Assembly: GCA_030595715.1 (NCBI GenBank)
Contig: JAUVCN010000009.1
Span: forward strand, 12,035-44,034
Direction: 5' to 3'
From: Thermoplasmatales archaeon
GTDB taxonomy: Archaea; Thermoplasmatota; Penumbrarchaeia; Penumbrarchaeales; Penumbrarchaeaceae
Length of the DNA: 32,000 bases
This document shows positions 9,509-18,045 of this stretch, piece after piece; within the stretch, counting starts at the first letter, position 1, and every line of letters begins with the position of its first letter. The notes below the pieces were generated by a model. That model was not told the DNA's origin. It ran no database searches and worked only from the letters and a program-made list of their open reading frames with translations. Made by a program: the position numbers and the translations under genes.

Positions 9509-10150
9509 ATGAGCGCCCTATCACTGAACGAACAGATAGCATTGCTTGAAGAGAATGGAATATCGGGCGAGGATCTGGATAGTATGTCCAGGGCCGTATG
9601 TTTCCATGGTCATATCTGTCCCGGGCTCGCCATAGGGGCCTCGGCATCCCTTTCCTTCCTGAAGGGAAAAGAGAGGTCCGAGGATGAGGAGATCGTCGCT
9701 ATCGTGGAGAACGATGCATGCGGTGTCGATGGCATCCAGGCCCTTCTCGGCTGCACCTTCGGCAAGGGTAATTTGATCTTCAAGGACCATGGTAAATCAG
9801 TTTACACCTTCTTTGACCGGAATACGGAGAGAGGTTGGAGATATTCGTTGAAGGAGTTTCCACAACCGGATGACGGTGCAATGGGCCTTTTCAGCAAGGT
9901 GAGGTCGGGGGAGGCCACCCCGGAAGAGAAGGATAGATTCAGGAGGTTGTGGGTCGATCGAGCTGCCCGAGTGCTGGAAGCGGGTGAGGACCTGTTCGAT
10001 ATTACGGAGGTGGGGGGTGAACTGCCCGAAAAGGCCAGGATATTCGATTCGTTCATCTGTCACGACTGCGGGGAGAAAACTGGTACTCATAGAACCGTCG
10101 AGATGGACGATGAAAGATACTGCATACCATGTTCGAAGAAAAGGGGTTGA
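9509..10150 (+). CDS. FmdE-family protein with C-terminal zinc ribbon
   Basis: FHGHICPGLAIG motif plus ENDACGVDGIQ, typical of the FmdE domain. C-terminal CHDCGEKTG...YCIPC is a four-Cys ribbon. Confidence 0.8.
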   Translation: MSALSLNEQIALLEENGISGEDLDSMSRAVCFHGHICPGLAIGASASLSFLKGKERSEDEEIVAIVENDACGVDGIQALLGCTFGKGNLIFKDHGKSVYTFFDRNTERGWRYSLKEFPQPDDGAMGLFSKVRSGEATPEEKDRFRRLWVDRAARVLEAGEDLFDITEVGGELPEKARIFDSFICHDCGEKTGTHRTVEMDDERYCIPCSKKRG

Positions 10151-10154
10151 TGAA

Positions 10155-11219
10155 ATGAAGGTTTGGCATGTGATAATATTGTTGATATCATCCTCGTTCG
10201 TGATATCCGCCGGATGTCTGGATGGAGATATTGACGGAACCAGAACGATAACGGATATGCTCGGACGCGAGGTCGAGATACCCAAGGAGATCGATAGTGT
10301 GGTGGGCATCGAGGCCGGAGCTCTGCGCCTTCTCGTTTACATGCAGCACGCCGACAAGGTGGTAGGTATCGAGGATCACGAAAAACTGGGAGGTGCCGGA
10401 GGAAGTGCCAAGCCGTATACACTTGCAAATCCGGGGCTTCTGGAACTCCCCTCCATTGGTCCGATCCATGGTGGGGATGCAGAGCTATTGGTTTCCGTTC
10501 AGCCCGATGTGATATTCTGGACCTACACGGATACCTCCAAGGCAGATGACCTGCAGACAAAGACCGGCATACCTGTTGTGGCATTGAACTACGGTGACCT
10601 CAATGATAACAAGCAGGACCTCTACGATGCACTGGCACTGATCGGAGAGGTTATGGGAAACCACGAGAGGTCCGAAACAATCGAGAATTTTATCGATGAA
10701 AGGATCGATGAACTGAATAATATGACAGAGGACCTGTCCGATCCTCCTTCTTGCTATGTAGGCGGTATTGGTTTCCGGGGGGCACACGGAATGCTATCCA
10801 CCGAACCTGCATACTCATCACTGGAGTTCGTCAACGGGAACAATGTGGCATCCTCGCTCGGACTGGAGCATGCATTCATCGACAAGGAGAAGGTACTGGA
10901 CTGGAACCCCGAGATGATCCTCATAGATGAGGGCGGACTGTCACTCACTCTGGAAGAACTATCCGACGGAACCTATGATACGATCGATGCGGTCCAGACC
11001 GGACGGATCTACGGGGTCCTTCCATATAACTGGTATACCACCAACTTCGGGACCGTAATTGGCAACTCATATTTCATTGCAAAGATCATTCATTCCGAGG
11101 ATCTCCCGGATCTGGACCCGGTGAAGGAGATCGATGATATCTACGAATTCCTTGTGGGATCTTGTGTGTATCAGGATATGGCAGACGAGTTTGGGGGATT
11201 CAAGGAGCTGGAATTGTGA
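10155..11219 (+). CDS. ABC importer substrate-binding protein (Peripla_BP_2, FecB/BtuF-like), probable lipoprotein
   Basis: The ATG at 10155 lies 4 nt after the fmdE-like stop. Signal plus lipobox-like MKVWHVIILLISSSFVISAGC. ITDMLGREVEIPKEIDSVVGIEAGALRLL is typical of iron-siderophore/cobalamin binding proteins. The ORF-track start at 9984 would overlap the upstream gene. Confidence 0.8.
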   Translation: MKVWHVIILLISSSFVISAGCLDGDIDGTRTITDMLGREVEIPKEIDSVVGIEAGALRLLVYMQHADKVVGIEDHEKLGGAGGSAKPYTLANPGLLELPSIGPIHGGDAELLVSVQPDVIFWTYTDTSKADDLQTKTGIPVVALNYGDLNDNKQDLYDALALIGEVMGNHERSETIENFIDERIDELNNMTEDLSDPPSCYVGGIGFRGAHGMLSTEPAYSSLEFVNGNNVASSLGLEHAFIDKEKVLDWNPEMILIDEGGLSLTLEELSDGTYDTIDAVQTGRIYGVLPYNWYTTNFGTVIGNSYFIAKIIHSEDLPDLDPVKEIDDIYEFLVGSCVYQDMADEFGGFKELEL

Positions 11220-12289
11220 AGAAGGATGAGGGATCCGACCCCCTCGAAGCCTATCAAAAGGAGGCATACCGGAAATGGGCATTCCTTGCCATTACCTTCA
11301 TCCTTCTCATCATCGCGGTTCTTGTGTCACTATCCATCGGTTCTTCCGATCTGACCATAATGGAAGCGTTCAAGGGCCTGATAGGTAGGGGAGATGAGGT
11401 ATCGGAGACCATAGTACGAAATATCAGATTGCCACGGGTGGTTACTGCCATCATTGCAGGAGCAGGTCTTGCGGCAGCCGGTGCCACGATGCAGACCGTT
11501 CTGAGGAATCCGATAGGTTCCCCCGTTACGCTTGGCATCTCACAGGCCGCTGCTTTCGGTGCGGCATTCGCCGTTGTCGTGCTCGGAGCAGGGACGGTGC
11601 ACAGCGGAATGGTGGACGCGGTGGTCAATGACAATATCTATCTGGTATCTCTTTGCGCCTTCGCCGCATCAATGATATCGACCGGTGTCATTGTCCTGCT
11701 TGCAAGGTTCAAGAGAGCTTCCCCGGAGTCAATGATACTGACGGGTGTTGCCATGGGGTCTTTGGCTACAGCTGGAACGACCGCGATGGAATACTTCGCC
11801 GACGATGTACAGCTCTCTTCCATCATTTTCTGGACCTTTGGGGACATGGGAAGGACCGGCTGGGAGGAGGTATTCCTTATGCTTGCGGTCACCCTGCCTG
11901 CGTTGATATATTTCACATGGAACGGGTGGAGGTACAATGCCCTGGACTCGGGAGATGAGACCGCAAAGAGCCTGGGCGTGAATACGGAGAGGCTTAGACT
12001 CTTAGGAATGGGGACAGCATCTCTCGTGACCGCCCTCATCATCTCGTTCGTTGGGATAATCGGTTTCATAGGATTGGTGGTCCCGCATATTGTCAGGAAG
12101 GTCATAGGAACGGACCAGAGGTTCCTCCTTCCTGCCTCCGCTCTTGCAGGAGCGGTCCTGCTTCTCATATCCGATACCGTTGCCAGAACGATCATTTCTC
12201 CGGTGGTGCTTCCGGTGGGTATACTCACATCGTTCATCGGAGCCCCTCTTTTCATATATCTCGTTGTAAGGGGGAAGGAGCATTGGTAA
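11216..12289 (+). CDS. FecCD/BtuC-family ABC importer permease
   Basis: RLPRVVTAIIAGAGLAAAGATMQTVLRNPIGSPVTLGISQAAAFG is the FecCD signature region. The GTG at 11216 overlaps the upstream stop (GTGA), with AGGAG about 9 nt upstream. Confidence 0.85.
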   Translation: MKKDEGSDPLEAYQKEAYRKWAFLAITFILLIIAVLVSLSIGSSDLTIMEAFKGLIGRGDEVSETIVRNIRLPRVVTAIIAGAGLAAAGATMQTVLRNPIGSPVTLGISQAAAFGAAFAVVVLGAGTVHSGMVDAVVNDNIYLVSLCAFAASMISTGVIVLLARFKRASPESMILTGVAMGSLATAGTTAMEYFADDVQLSSIIFWTFGDMGRTGWEEVFLMLAVTLPALIYFTWNGWRYNALDSGDETAKSLGVNTERLRLLGMGTASLVTALIISFVGIIGFIGLVVPHIVRKVIGTDQRFLLPASALAGAVLLLISDTVARTIISPVVLPVGILTSFIGAPLFIYLVVRGKEHW

Positions 12290-13047
12290 CCTTGGAGCTG
12301 AAGGACCTCCACTTTTCCTATAACGGGATAAAAGCCCTGGCGGGAGTGAACCTGAGCATGAGGGGGGGAGATCTGGTGGGTCTGGTCGGACCCAACGGAT
12401 CGGGTAAATCGACCCTTCTGAAGAACCTTGATCGGATCATCGTTCCGAAGAAAGGCAAGGTCCTGCTTGACGGGAAGGATCTTTCTTCCATGAAAAGGAG
12501 GGAGATCGCAAGAAGGATCGGATACGTCCCCCAGTCTTCGGTGAACCTCTTTTCCAAAACGGTCTTCGATACCGTTCTCATGGGCAGGATCCCCCACGGG
12601 TCCTGGGCACCGACAAGAAGTGACCTGAGAAAGGTATCGGATATTATAGTGGAATTCGGGCTTCAGGACCTATCAGGCAGGGGTCTCAACTCGCTTTCGG
12701 GTGGTGAAAAACAGAAGGTGATCATCGCCAGGGCCGTTGCACAGGAACCGGAGATCGTTCTTCTGGATGAGCCTACTTCCTCTCTTGATCTGGCAAATCA
12801 GATCGATGTGATGGAACTAATTAAAACACAGACAGAGAAGGGGATACTTGCAGTTATGGCCGTCCATGATCTGAACCTGGCACTCAGATACTGTGACAGG
12901 TTCGTGCTCCTCAAGGCTGGGAAAGTTGTTGCCAATGGTGATTCCGATGCTCTTTCGAGGACGGTTCTTGAAGATGTTTACGAGATAAAGGCGAAGGTCC
13001 TTGGAAATGGAAAGGAAAAGGTATTCGTTCCACTATCGAGGAGATGA
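12283..13047 (+). CDS. ABC importer ATP-binding protein (FepC/BtuD-like)
   Basis: Walker A GPNGSGKST, signature LSGGEKQKV, Walker B VLLDEPTSSLD. The TTG start overlaps the permease stop. An in-frame TTG at 12292 is an alternative. Confidence 0.85.
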   Translation: MVTLELKDLHFSYNGIKALAGVNLSMRGGDLVGLVGPNGSGKSTLLKNLDRIIVPKKGKVLLDGKDLSSMKRREIARRIGYVPQSSVNLFSKTVFDTVLMGRIPHGSWAPTRSDLRKVSDIIVEFGLQDLSGRGLNSLSGGEKQKVIIARAVAQEPEIVLLDEPTSSLDLANQIDVMELIKTQTEKGILAVMAVHDLNLALRYCDRFVLLKAGKVVANGDSDALSRTVLEDVYEIKAKVLGNGKEKVFVPLSRR

Positions 13048-13079
13048 GATCGTTTAATAACAGGTCTTGTCCAGGATTA

Positions 13080-13415
13080 TTATAACGTCAATAGATCCCG
13101 TAACAGATATTCGATCGCTTCCAGATCATTGTTGGATAATATTCCTAACTTATGGGTGAAACGATCGATATCAAGTGATACCAACTGAAAAACCAGAGCC
13201 ACACTCTGTCTATCCAGCCCATTCTTCCTATCGGGATAAAGTGTGAATGTATGGGGGAAATCAGCCCTTTTCAATGTCCCGGTTATCGGAACGACCTGAG
13301 CAATTCCATTTGAAATACCCATGACAACACCAGGTCTTGTCCCTGCCTGCTCGTGTCCTCTGGTTTCTCCCAGTGCTACTAGCCAAACTTCCCCTCTTCT
13401 CATTTTTCTCAGCAC
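13080..13415 (-). CDS. mazF: PemK/MazF-family toxin (endoribonuclease fold)
   Basis: RGEVWLVALGETRGHEQAGTRPGVVM matches the MazF/PemK N-terminal signature (RGD-W-V-L-P--G-EQ-G-RP). Length of about 107-111 aa is typical. The start is either GTG 13415 or ATG 13403. Confidence 0.8.
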   Translation of the reverse strand: MLRKMRRGEVWLVALGETRGHEQAGTRPGVVMGISNGIAQVVPITGTLKRADFPHTFTLYPDRKNGLDRQSVALVFQLVSLDIDRFTHKLGILSNNDLEAIEYLLRDLLTL

Positions 13416-13418
13416 CGA

Positions 13419-13937
13419 TCAATAAAAAGAAGCGTTTTGCCAAGCTTCAAATTCTACCTTCATTTCTTTCATGTTATCGTCAGATACCTTGCCAAAGAAC
13501 TGTTTGGCTTTAGAGGCTCCAAGGGCTAGCATTGCGTCAGAATAGAAGGGTTTCATTTTTTTCAATTCTTTAAAGGAATCAAAATGATCCTGGTGCAGGA
13601 TCTGGTTTTGAAAACCATATGTTGCACCAATTTCCAGCAGGGATGATGATAGACCAAAGATGTTTTTCAATTCGTTCACGGATCCCTTTTCCTGTTCACT
13701 TAGTGAAACTTCGGTTTTGTAACATGATATATCCTTCCCATTTTCATAAAGGTCCTGGGTCAATACGGGAGAATATGGGCCCCGGATGTATAGGCCGGAA
13801 GGATATCCCAGTTCAACTCCCTTCAATTGAAGTAAACATACGATCTTTTGAGCGATCAATCTATCTTCAAAGTTCTCAAGATGGAAATGGAATTCAAGTT
13901 CCTTGAAACATGCAATTACTTTTCCGATATCAGTCAT
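13419..13937 (-). CDS. uncharacterised protein in the antitoxin position, possibly YwgA / DUF4065 (SocA Panacea)-like
   Basis: 172 aa. RLIAQKIVCLLQLKG...LYIRGPYSPVLTQDLY resembles the KLQKL...YGPYS motif pair I recall for YwgA/Panacea-type domains. The ATG at 13937 follows AGGGGGGAAACAG and overlaps the upstream gene by 8 nt. Its stop is 3 nt from the mazF GTG. Confidence 0.55.
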   Translation of the reverse strand: MTDIGKVIACFKELEFHFHLENFEDRLIAQKIVCLLQLKGVELGYPSGLYIRGPYSPVLTQDLYENGKDISCYKTEVSLSEQEKGSVNELKNIFGLSSSLLEIGATYGFQNQILHQDHFDSFKELKKMKPFYSDAMLALGASKAKQFFGKVSDDNMKEMKVEFEAWQNASFY

Positions 13938-14262
13938 CTGTTTCCCCCCTGTAGTTCAGAAAATCCTTCAACCACTTTATTGATCTATTCCATTCAATGA
14001 AACCTTCATTGGTCAGATGATATGATTCAAGTTCTTTACCCTCGAGGCGTACCTTTTCGGAGTTGATCATTCCCATCTTTTCGAGGGCTTTCAGGTTCGA
14101 AAACAGTAATCCATCCGGAATTCCCAAACCGGCATTCAGTTCTCTGAAAGTTGCTCCGTCCGGTCCTAGGTAGAAAAGACTGTGTATGATCTTGATCCTG
14201 GTCAGGGAAAATATCTTTTGATTCAAGTACAAGGATTCGTCGATCAGTTCCCGATATATCAT
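13930..14262 (-). CDS. winged-helix DNA-binding protein (ArsR/HTH_34-like)
   Basis: RIKIIHSLFYLGPDGATFRELNAGLGIPDGLLFSNLKALEKMGMINSEKVRLEGKELESYHLTNEG fits a wHTH with a wing. The ATG at 14262 is preceded by GGGAGATGG. The ORF-track TTG start is at 14268. Confidence 0.65.
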   Translation of the reverse strand: MIYRELIDESLYLNQKIFSLTRIKIIHSLFYLGPDGATFRELNAGLGIPDGLLFSNLKALEKMGMINSEKVRLEGKELESYHLTNEGFIEWNRSIKWLKDFLNYRGETDD

Positions 14263-14846
14263 CAACAACCATCTCCCATTCTCTGTGAAGTATTACATTG
14301 GTCATGCACTATTAATATTCTTTGGAATTTACTTAAATATTTAGGTAAATTAATTTCCGTTACAATTTATCTGAGGGTAGTTCTTGTAATGTTGAATATC
14401 CTGATGATGACCACCCTTGCTCTGCTCACATCAGGTCATATGTGTGGGGAAGAGCCCTTTTGAGTAGGTACATGATTCATATGATCCAGGGCTGGGTATA
14501 AGGGGGAAATGAAGAAGAAAAAGAAGAGAATGTGACATTTTCCTATTATGGGGTCAGATATAATATGGTAATCAACATTGAATTTTCAAGTATTAATGAA
14601 GATATAATGGGTATATATTTTAGTGTGTGGCCTAAGGTATTTTAAATATGTTATTTCAAAATAACTAATTTGAATTACCTAAGAACATAATATAGGTCCT
14701 TGTTTAGTAGCAACAGGACCATCGCCTATCATTACGGGGTGAGAAGAGATAGAAGATCAGGATCGTGCAACGGATCCATTATTCTTATCATAGGACCTTC
14801 AATATAATTTGGAAAAGGACCAAGCCTGAAGACAATGTTTATTAAC

Positions 14847-14876
14847 AGTTAACCACTCGCCAGCCAAAGGTTAACA
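14847..14876. promoter_or_regulatory. BirA-type operator (inverted GTTAACC half-sites, 14-nt spacer) in front of bioY
   Basis: AGTTAACC (14847-14854), 14-nt spacer, GGTTAACA (14869-14876). It ends 15 nt before the bioY ATG. This matches the general TGTWAACC-N14-16-GGTTWACA form of BirA sites. A BirA with an N-terminal HTH is encoded next door. Confidence 0.65.
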
Positions 14877-14890
14877 ATGGTGGTCCTGAT

Positions 14891-15502
14891 ATGAACGTCA
14901 ACGGATACATGAACGGATATACTGATTCCCTGATCAGATTACACAGCTGGAGGAACGAACTGAACATCATCAACAAGATAATGCTTGCACTGGGGTTCGC
15001 CCTTCTGACAGGCCTCCTGGCCCAGGTAAGGTTCGGCCTTCCTTTCTCACCTGTCCCCCTCACAGGTCAGACATTCGCGGTCCTTCTCGCTGGTGTCCTT
15101 CTTGGAAGATGGGGTGGTGTGAGCATGGGGATGTATGTTGGAATAGGTGCTGCGGGTGTTCCGTGGTTCACCGGATGGCAGGGAGGTCTTGCAACCTTCA
15201 CAGGAGCGACCGGTGGATATCTGGTCGGTTTCGTTCTCGCTGCATTGTTCGTCGGTTTCATGACAGAGAGATATGTCAGGTCCAGGAAGATGCATGCTCT
15301 CCTGCCAGTAATGCTCTTTGCCAATTTCTTCCTCATCTATATCCCGGGCCTGCTCGTCCTCCACTTCTGGTGGGGGGAGTTCGTAGGACCCATGACGATG
15401 ATGAAGCTCCTTGCGGTCGGTCTCATTCCTTTCCTGGCAGGCGACCTTCTGAAGATAGCAGCAGCTGCCGGGATCGCAAGAGCGATCCTCCCTGCAAGAT
15501 GA
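14891..15502 (+). CDS. bioY: biotin transporter S-component BioY
   Basis: Polytopic membrane protein with PLTGQTFAVLLAGVLLG and TGATGGYLVGF blocks characteristic of BioY. Confidence 0.85.
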   Translation: MNVNGYMNGYTDSLIRLHSWRNELNIINKIMLALGFALLTGLLAQVRFGLPFSPVPLTGQTFAVLLAGVLLGRWGGVSMGMYVGIGAAGVPWFTGWQGGLATFTGATGGYLVGFVLAALFVGFMTERYVRSRKMHALLPVMLFANFFLIYIPGLLVLHFWWGEFVGPMTMMKLLAVGLIPFLAGDLLKIAAAAGIARAILPAR

Positions 15503-15534
15503 TCAACGTGATGAACGAAGGCCTCTCTGGGGCC

Positions 15535-15566
15535 GGGCGCACTCTTCAAACCCCCACAGTGCGCCC
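15535..15566 (+). terminator. GC-rich hairpin between bioY and birA
   Basis: GGGCGCACT (15535-15543) pairs perfectly with AGTGCGCCC (15558-15566), with a 14-nt loop. It lies 33 nt after the bioY stop. It is followed by a TATA-like TTTAAAATAATATT about 25 nt before the birA ATG. Confidence 0.4.
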
Positions 15567-15601
15567 ATAAGTCTTTAAAATAATATTCACCATGAACGGA
15601 T

Positions 15602-16558
15602 ATGAAACAGAGGACCCTTGAACTCCTCAAACCGAACGAGTTCGTTTCGGGGGAGGCCATAGCTTCCGAGTTGGACATATCCAGGACCGCGGTATGGAAA
15701 CATATCAGATCACTGAAGCAGCTTGGATATGATATCGAGACGGTCAAGAACAGAGGTTACCGTCTGATATCGTCACCCGATCTTCTCCTTGCAGAAGAGG
15801 TCGGGCGCGACCTGGACACAAAGATCATCGGAAATGAGATCGAATACCACTCCAGGATAGGTTCCACCAACACAAGGGGAAAAGAACTTGCCAGAAAGAA
15901 GGTCCAAGAAGGGATGGTCATCGTTGCCGAGGAGCAGACCGAAGGAAGGGGACGAAAACAGAGGCAATGGTCCTCTCCGGAAGGAGGATTGTGGTTCTCT
16001 GTCATTCTCTATCCGGACCTGCCGCCGGACAAGGGGATGCTTGTGACGATGATGACCTCGATATCGGTGGCGAAGGGTATCGAGGAGACAACGGGGATCA
16101 CCCCTCTGATCAAATGGCCGAACGACCTTCTGCTTGATGGAAAGAAGATCTGCGGCATACTGACCGAGCTCGATGCCGAGCTGGACAGGATAGAAAGCCT
16201 GGTGGTCGGGATCGGGATCAATGTCAACAACAGGATCGATATCGAGTTGAAGGACATTGCAATGAACCTCGAAACGAACCTTGGAAAGCCGGTATCCCGG
16301 GTGGATCTGTTGAGGTCGATACTCCGGTCCATGGACTCATATTATGAGTTGCTGAAAAGAGGAGACCACGATAGGATCAGGGATAAATGGACGGAGCTAT
16401 CTCGAATGGTCGGGAGGAAGATATCGGTCGTTGGAGAGAGGGATCGATCCGAGGGGACGGTTCTGAGAATTGATGATAGTGGCTGCATCATCCTGGAAAC
16501 GAAAACAGGACAGAAACGTATCGTAAGCGGTGACATCCGTTATCTGGATCGAACATGA
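15602..16558 (+). CDS. birA: bifunctional biotin--[acetyl-CoA-carboxylase] ligase / biotin operon repressor BirA
   Basis: N-terminal HTH (SGEAIASELDISRTAVWKHIRSLKQLGYDI). Catalytic motif GRGRKQRQWSSPEGGLWFS. KWPNDLLLDGKKICGIL. The TATA-like box spacing suggests a leaderless mRNA. Confidence 0.9.
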   Translation: MKQRTLELLKPNEFVSGEAIASELDISRTAVWKHIRSLKQLGYDIETVKNRGYRLISSPDLLLAEEVGRDLDTKIIGNEIEYHSRIGSTNTRGKELARKKVQEGMVIVAEEQTEGRGRKQRQWSSPEGGLWFSVILYPDLPPDKGMLVTMMTSISVAKGIEETTGITPLIKWPNDLLLDGKKICGILTELDAELDRIESLVVGIGINVNNRIDIELKDIAMNLETNLGKPVSRVDLLRSILRSMDSYYELLKRGDHDRIRDKWTELSRMVGRKISVVGERDRSEGTVLRIDDSGCIILETKTGQKRIVSGDIRYLDRT

Positions 16559-16575
16559 CCGGATATTCACGGTCA
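16556..16575 (+). terminator. hairpin overlapping the birA stop, followed by T-rich tract
   Basis: TGACCG (16556-16561) pairs with CGGTCA (16570-16575), with an 8-nt loop. TTTCATCCTTTTC follows. Confidence 0.35.
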
Positions 16576-16726
16576 TTTCATCCTTTTCAAAAGAAGGTCC
16601 TCTTCGCCTTTTCCATTTTGTACATTATCAGATAGAGATCGAAATATCTCTAAATGGGGAATATTCCCGGTAAAGAACAAATACCATTCATGTATGTAAG
16701 TGATTACTTACATGGGGGATGCCCGG

Positions 16727-17323
16727 ATGGAATATACTGATAATCAGAAAAGGATGCTCGGATCTGCTCTCGGTCTTTTCTCGACAAAAGGATTCAAGGC
16801 AACGACAACAAAGGAGATTGCCGAAAGGACCGGAATGAATGAACTGACGATCTTCAGGAACTTCGGGACAAAGGAGAGACTTCTGGAAGAGGTCATTGAT
16901 TTTGGGCTCGATACGGAAGGATTGAAAGGTTCACTGGACATGGAACTCACCGGAAATATCGAAGAGGACCTCTTTTCCATGATATCGAAGATGAGGTCCA
17001 TGATAAGGGAGAGGGAGAGCATCTATGCCCTGATGTTCAGGGAGATATCCACCAATGATATCGTTAAAAAGAAGCTCGGCCAGGTTCCGATCATAATGAA
17101 GGAGTTCATGCTCATGAGGTTATCAGAGATCCTGAATCACGAGGAAAGGGACGATGTCGATAGCGAAACCGCGGGTATATTCCTCGCTTCCTATTATCTA
17201 AGAAGTGAGATGATGAGGATCATGATGGGATCAGACCCGTTCCATGATGCGGATGAGACCAGATTGAAGGATGTGGTTAGGATCTTCCTCCATGGTTATC
17301 TGAAAAGGGGGGATGATAATTGA
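16727..17323 (+). CDS. TetR-family transcriptional regulator
   Basis: N-terminal HTH LGSALGLFSTKGFKATTTKEIAERTGMNELTIFRNFGTKERLL. The ATG at 16727 follows GGGGGA. The ORF-track GTG at 16700 is an alternative. The stop overlaps the next gene's start. Confidence 0.8.
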   Translation: MEYTDNQKRMLGSALGLFSTKGFKATTTKEIAERTGMNELTIFRNFGTKERLLEEVIDFGLDTEGLKGSLDMELTGNIEEDLFSMISKMRSMIRERESIYALMFREISTNDIVKKKLGQVPIIMKEFMLMRLSEILNHEERDDVDSETAGIFLASYYLRSEMMRIMMGSDPFHDADETRLKDVVRIFLHGYLKRGDDN

Positions 17324-18045
17324 ATGCCATCGAGATCCGGGGATTGAAGAAATATTATGGAAAAGTAAAAGCCGTGGATGGACTGGACCTGACCGTTCCA
17401 ACAGGTGTCGTTTTCGGATTGCTCGGTCCCAATGGGTCCGGAAAAACGACCCTGATCAAGGTCCTCTGTCATTTGCTGAAACCTGATTCAGGGGTCGCAG
17501 AGGTCCTTGGAATACCCGTAAAGGGGCGGTCCTATCTTCCACGGATCGGATACATGCCGCAGGAGATCGCCCTTTACGAGGATATGACGGTTCACGATAA
17601 CCTGAAGCTCTTTGCAGGAATTTATGGGCTTGACAGGGTGACGTTCAAGAGACGGGAAAAGGAGGTCCTGACAACCATCGATCTGCTGGAAAGAAAGGAT
17701 TTTCCATTGTCCGATCTCTCCGGAGGCCAGAAACACAGGATATCGCTGGCAGTTTCCATGATACATGAACCCGAGATCCTCTTCCTTGACGAACCCACCG
17801 TGGGTGTGGATCCCCTGCTCAGGGCCGTGTTCTGGAAGAACTTCCATGATCTGAAGAAGAAGGGTGTCACGATCATAATGTCCACCCATTACATGGATGA
17901 AGCAAGGAATTGTGATATCATTGGGATGATGAGGGCCGGGAAGCTGATCGATGAAGGATCCCCGGATGAAATACTGAAGAGGACCGGGAAGGATAACCTG
18001 GAGGATGCATTCCTCGATATCGTGAAGAGAGGTGCGTCATCATGA
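17320..18045 (+). CDS. ABC-2-type transporter ATP-binding protein
   Basis: Walker A GPNGSGKTT, signature LSGGQKHRI, Walker B LFLDEPTVGVD. The TTG start follows AAAGGGGGGA and overlaps the TetR stop. Confidence 0.85.
   Translation: MNAIEIRGLKKYYGKVKAVDGLDLTVPTGVVFGLLGPNGSGKTTLIKVLCHLLKPDSGVAEVLGIPVKGRSYLPRIGYMPQEIALYEDMTVHDNLKLFAGIYGLDRVTFKRREKEVLTTIDLLERKDFPLSDLSGGQKHRISLAVSMIHEPEILFLDEPTVGVDPLLRAVFWKNFHDLKKKGVTIIMSTHYMDEARNCDIIGMMRAGKLIDEGSPDEILKRTGKDNLEDAFLDIVKRGASS

Noticed and set aside
9984-10154. N-terminal extension of the binding-protein ORF
   Set aside because: It would overlap the FmdE-like gene by 167 nt. The signal peptide and lipobox begin at the ATG at 10155, right after the upstream stop.
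11638-12597. 319-aa minus-strand ORF
   Set aside because: It is antisense to the FecCD permease and ATPase genes, both of which carry unmistakable family signatures.
14509-14535. Mini-ORF MKKKKKRM with AGGGGGAA upstream
   Set aside because: It is only 8 codons, within a purine-rich run that can mimic both an RBS and Lys codons. There is no downstream gene for it to act on as a leader. Noted only as a curiosity.
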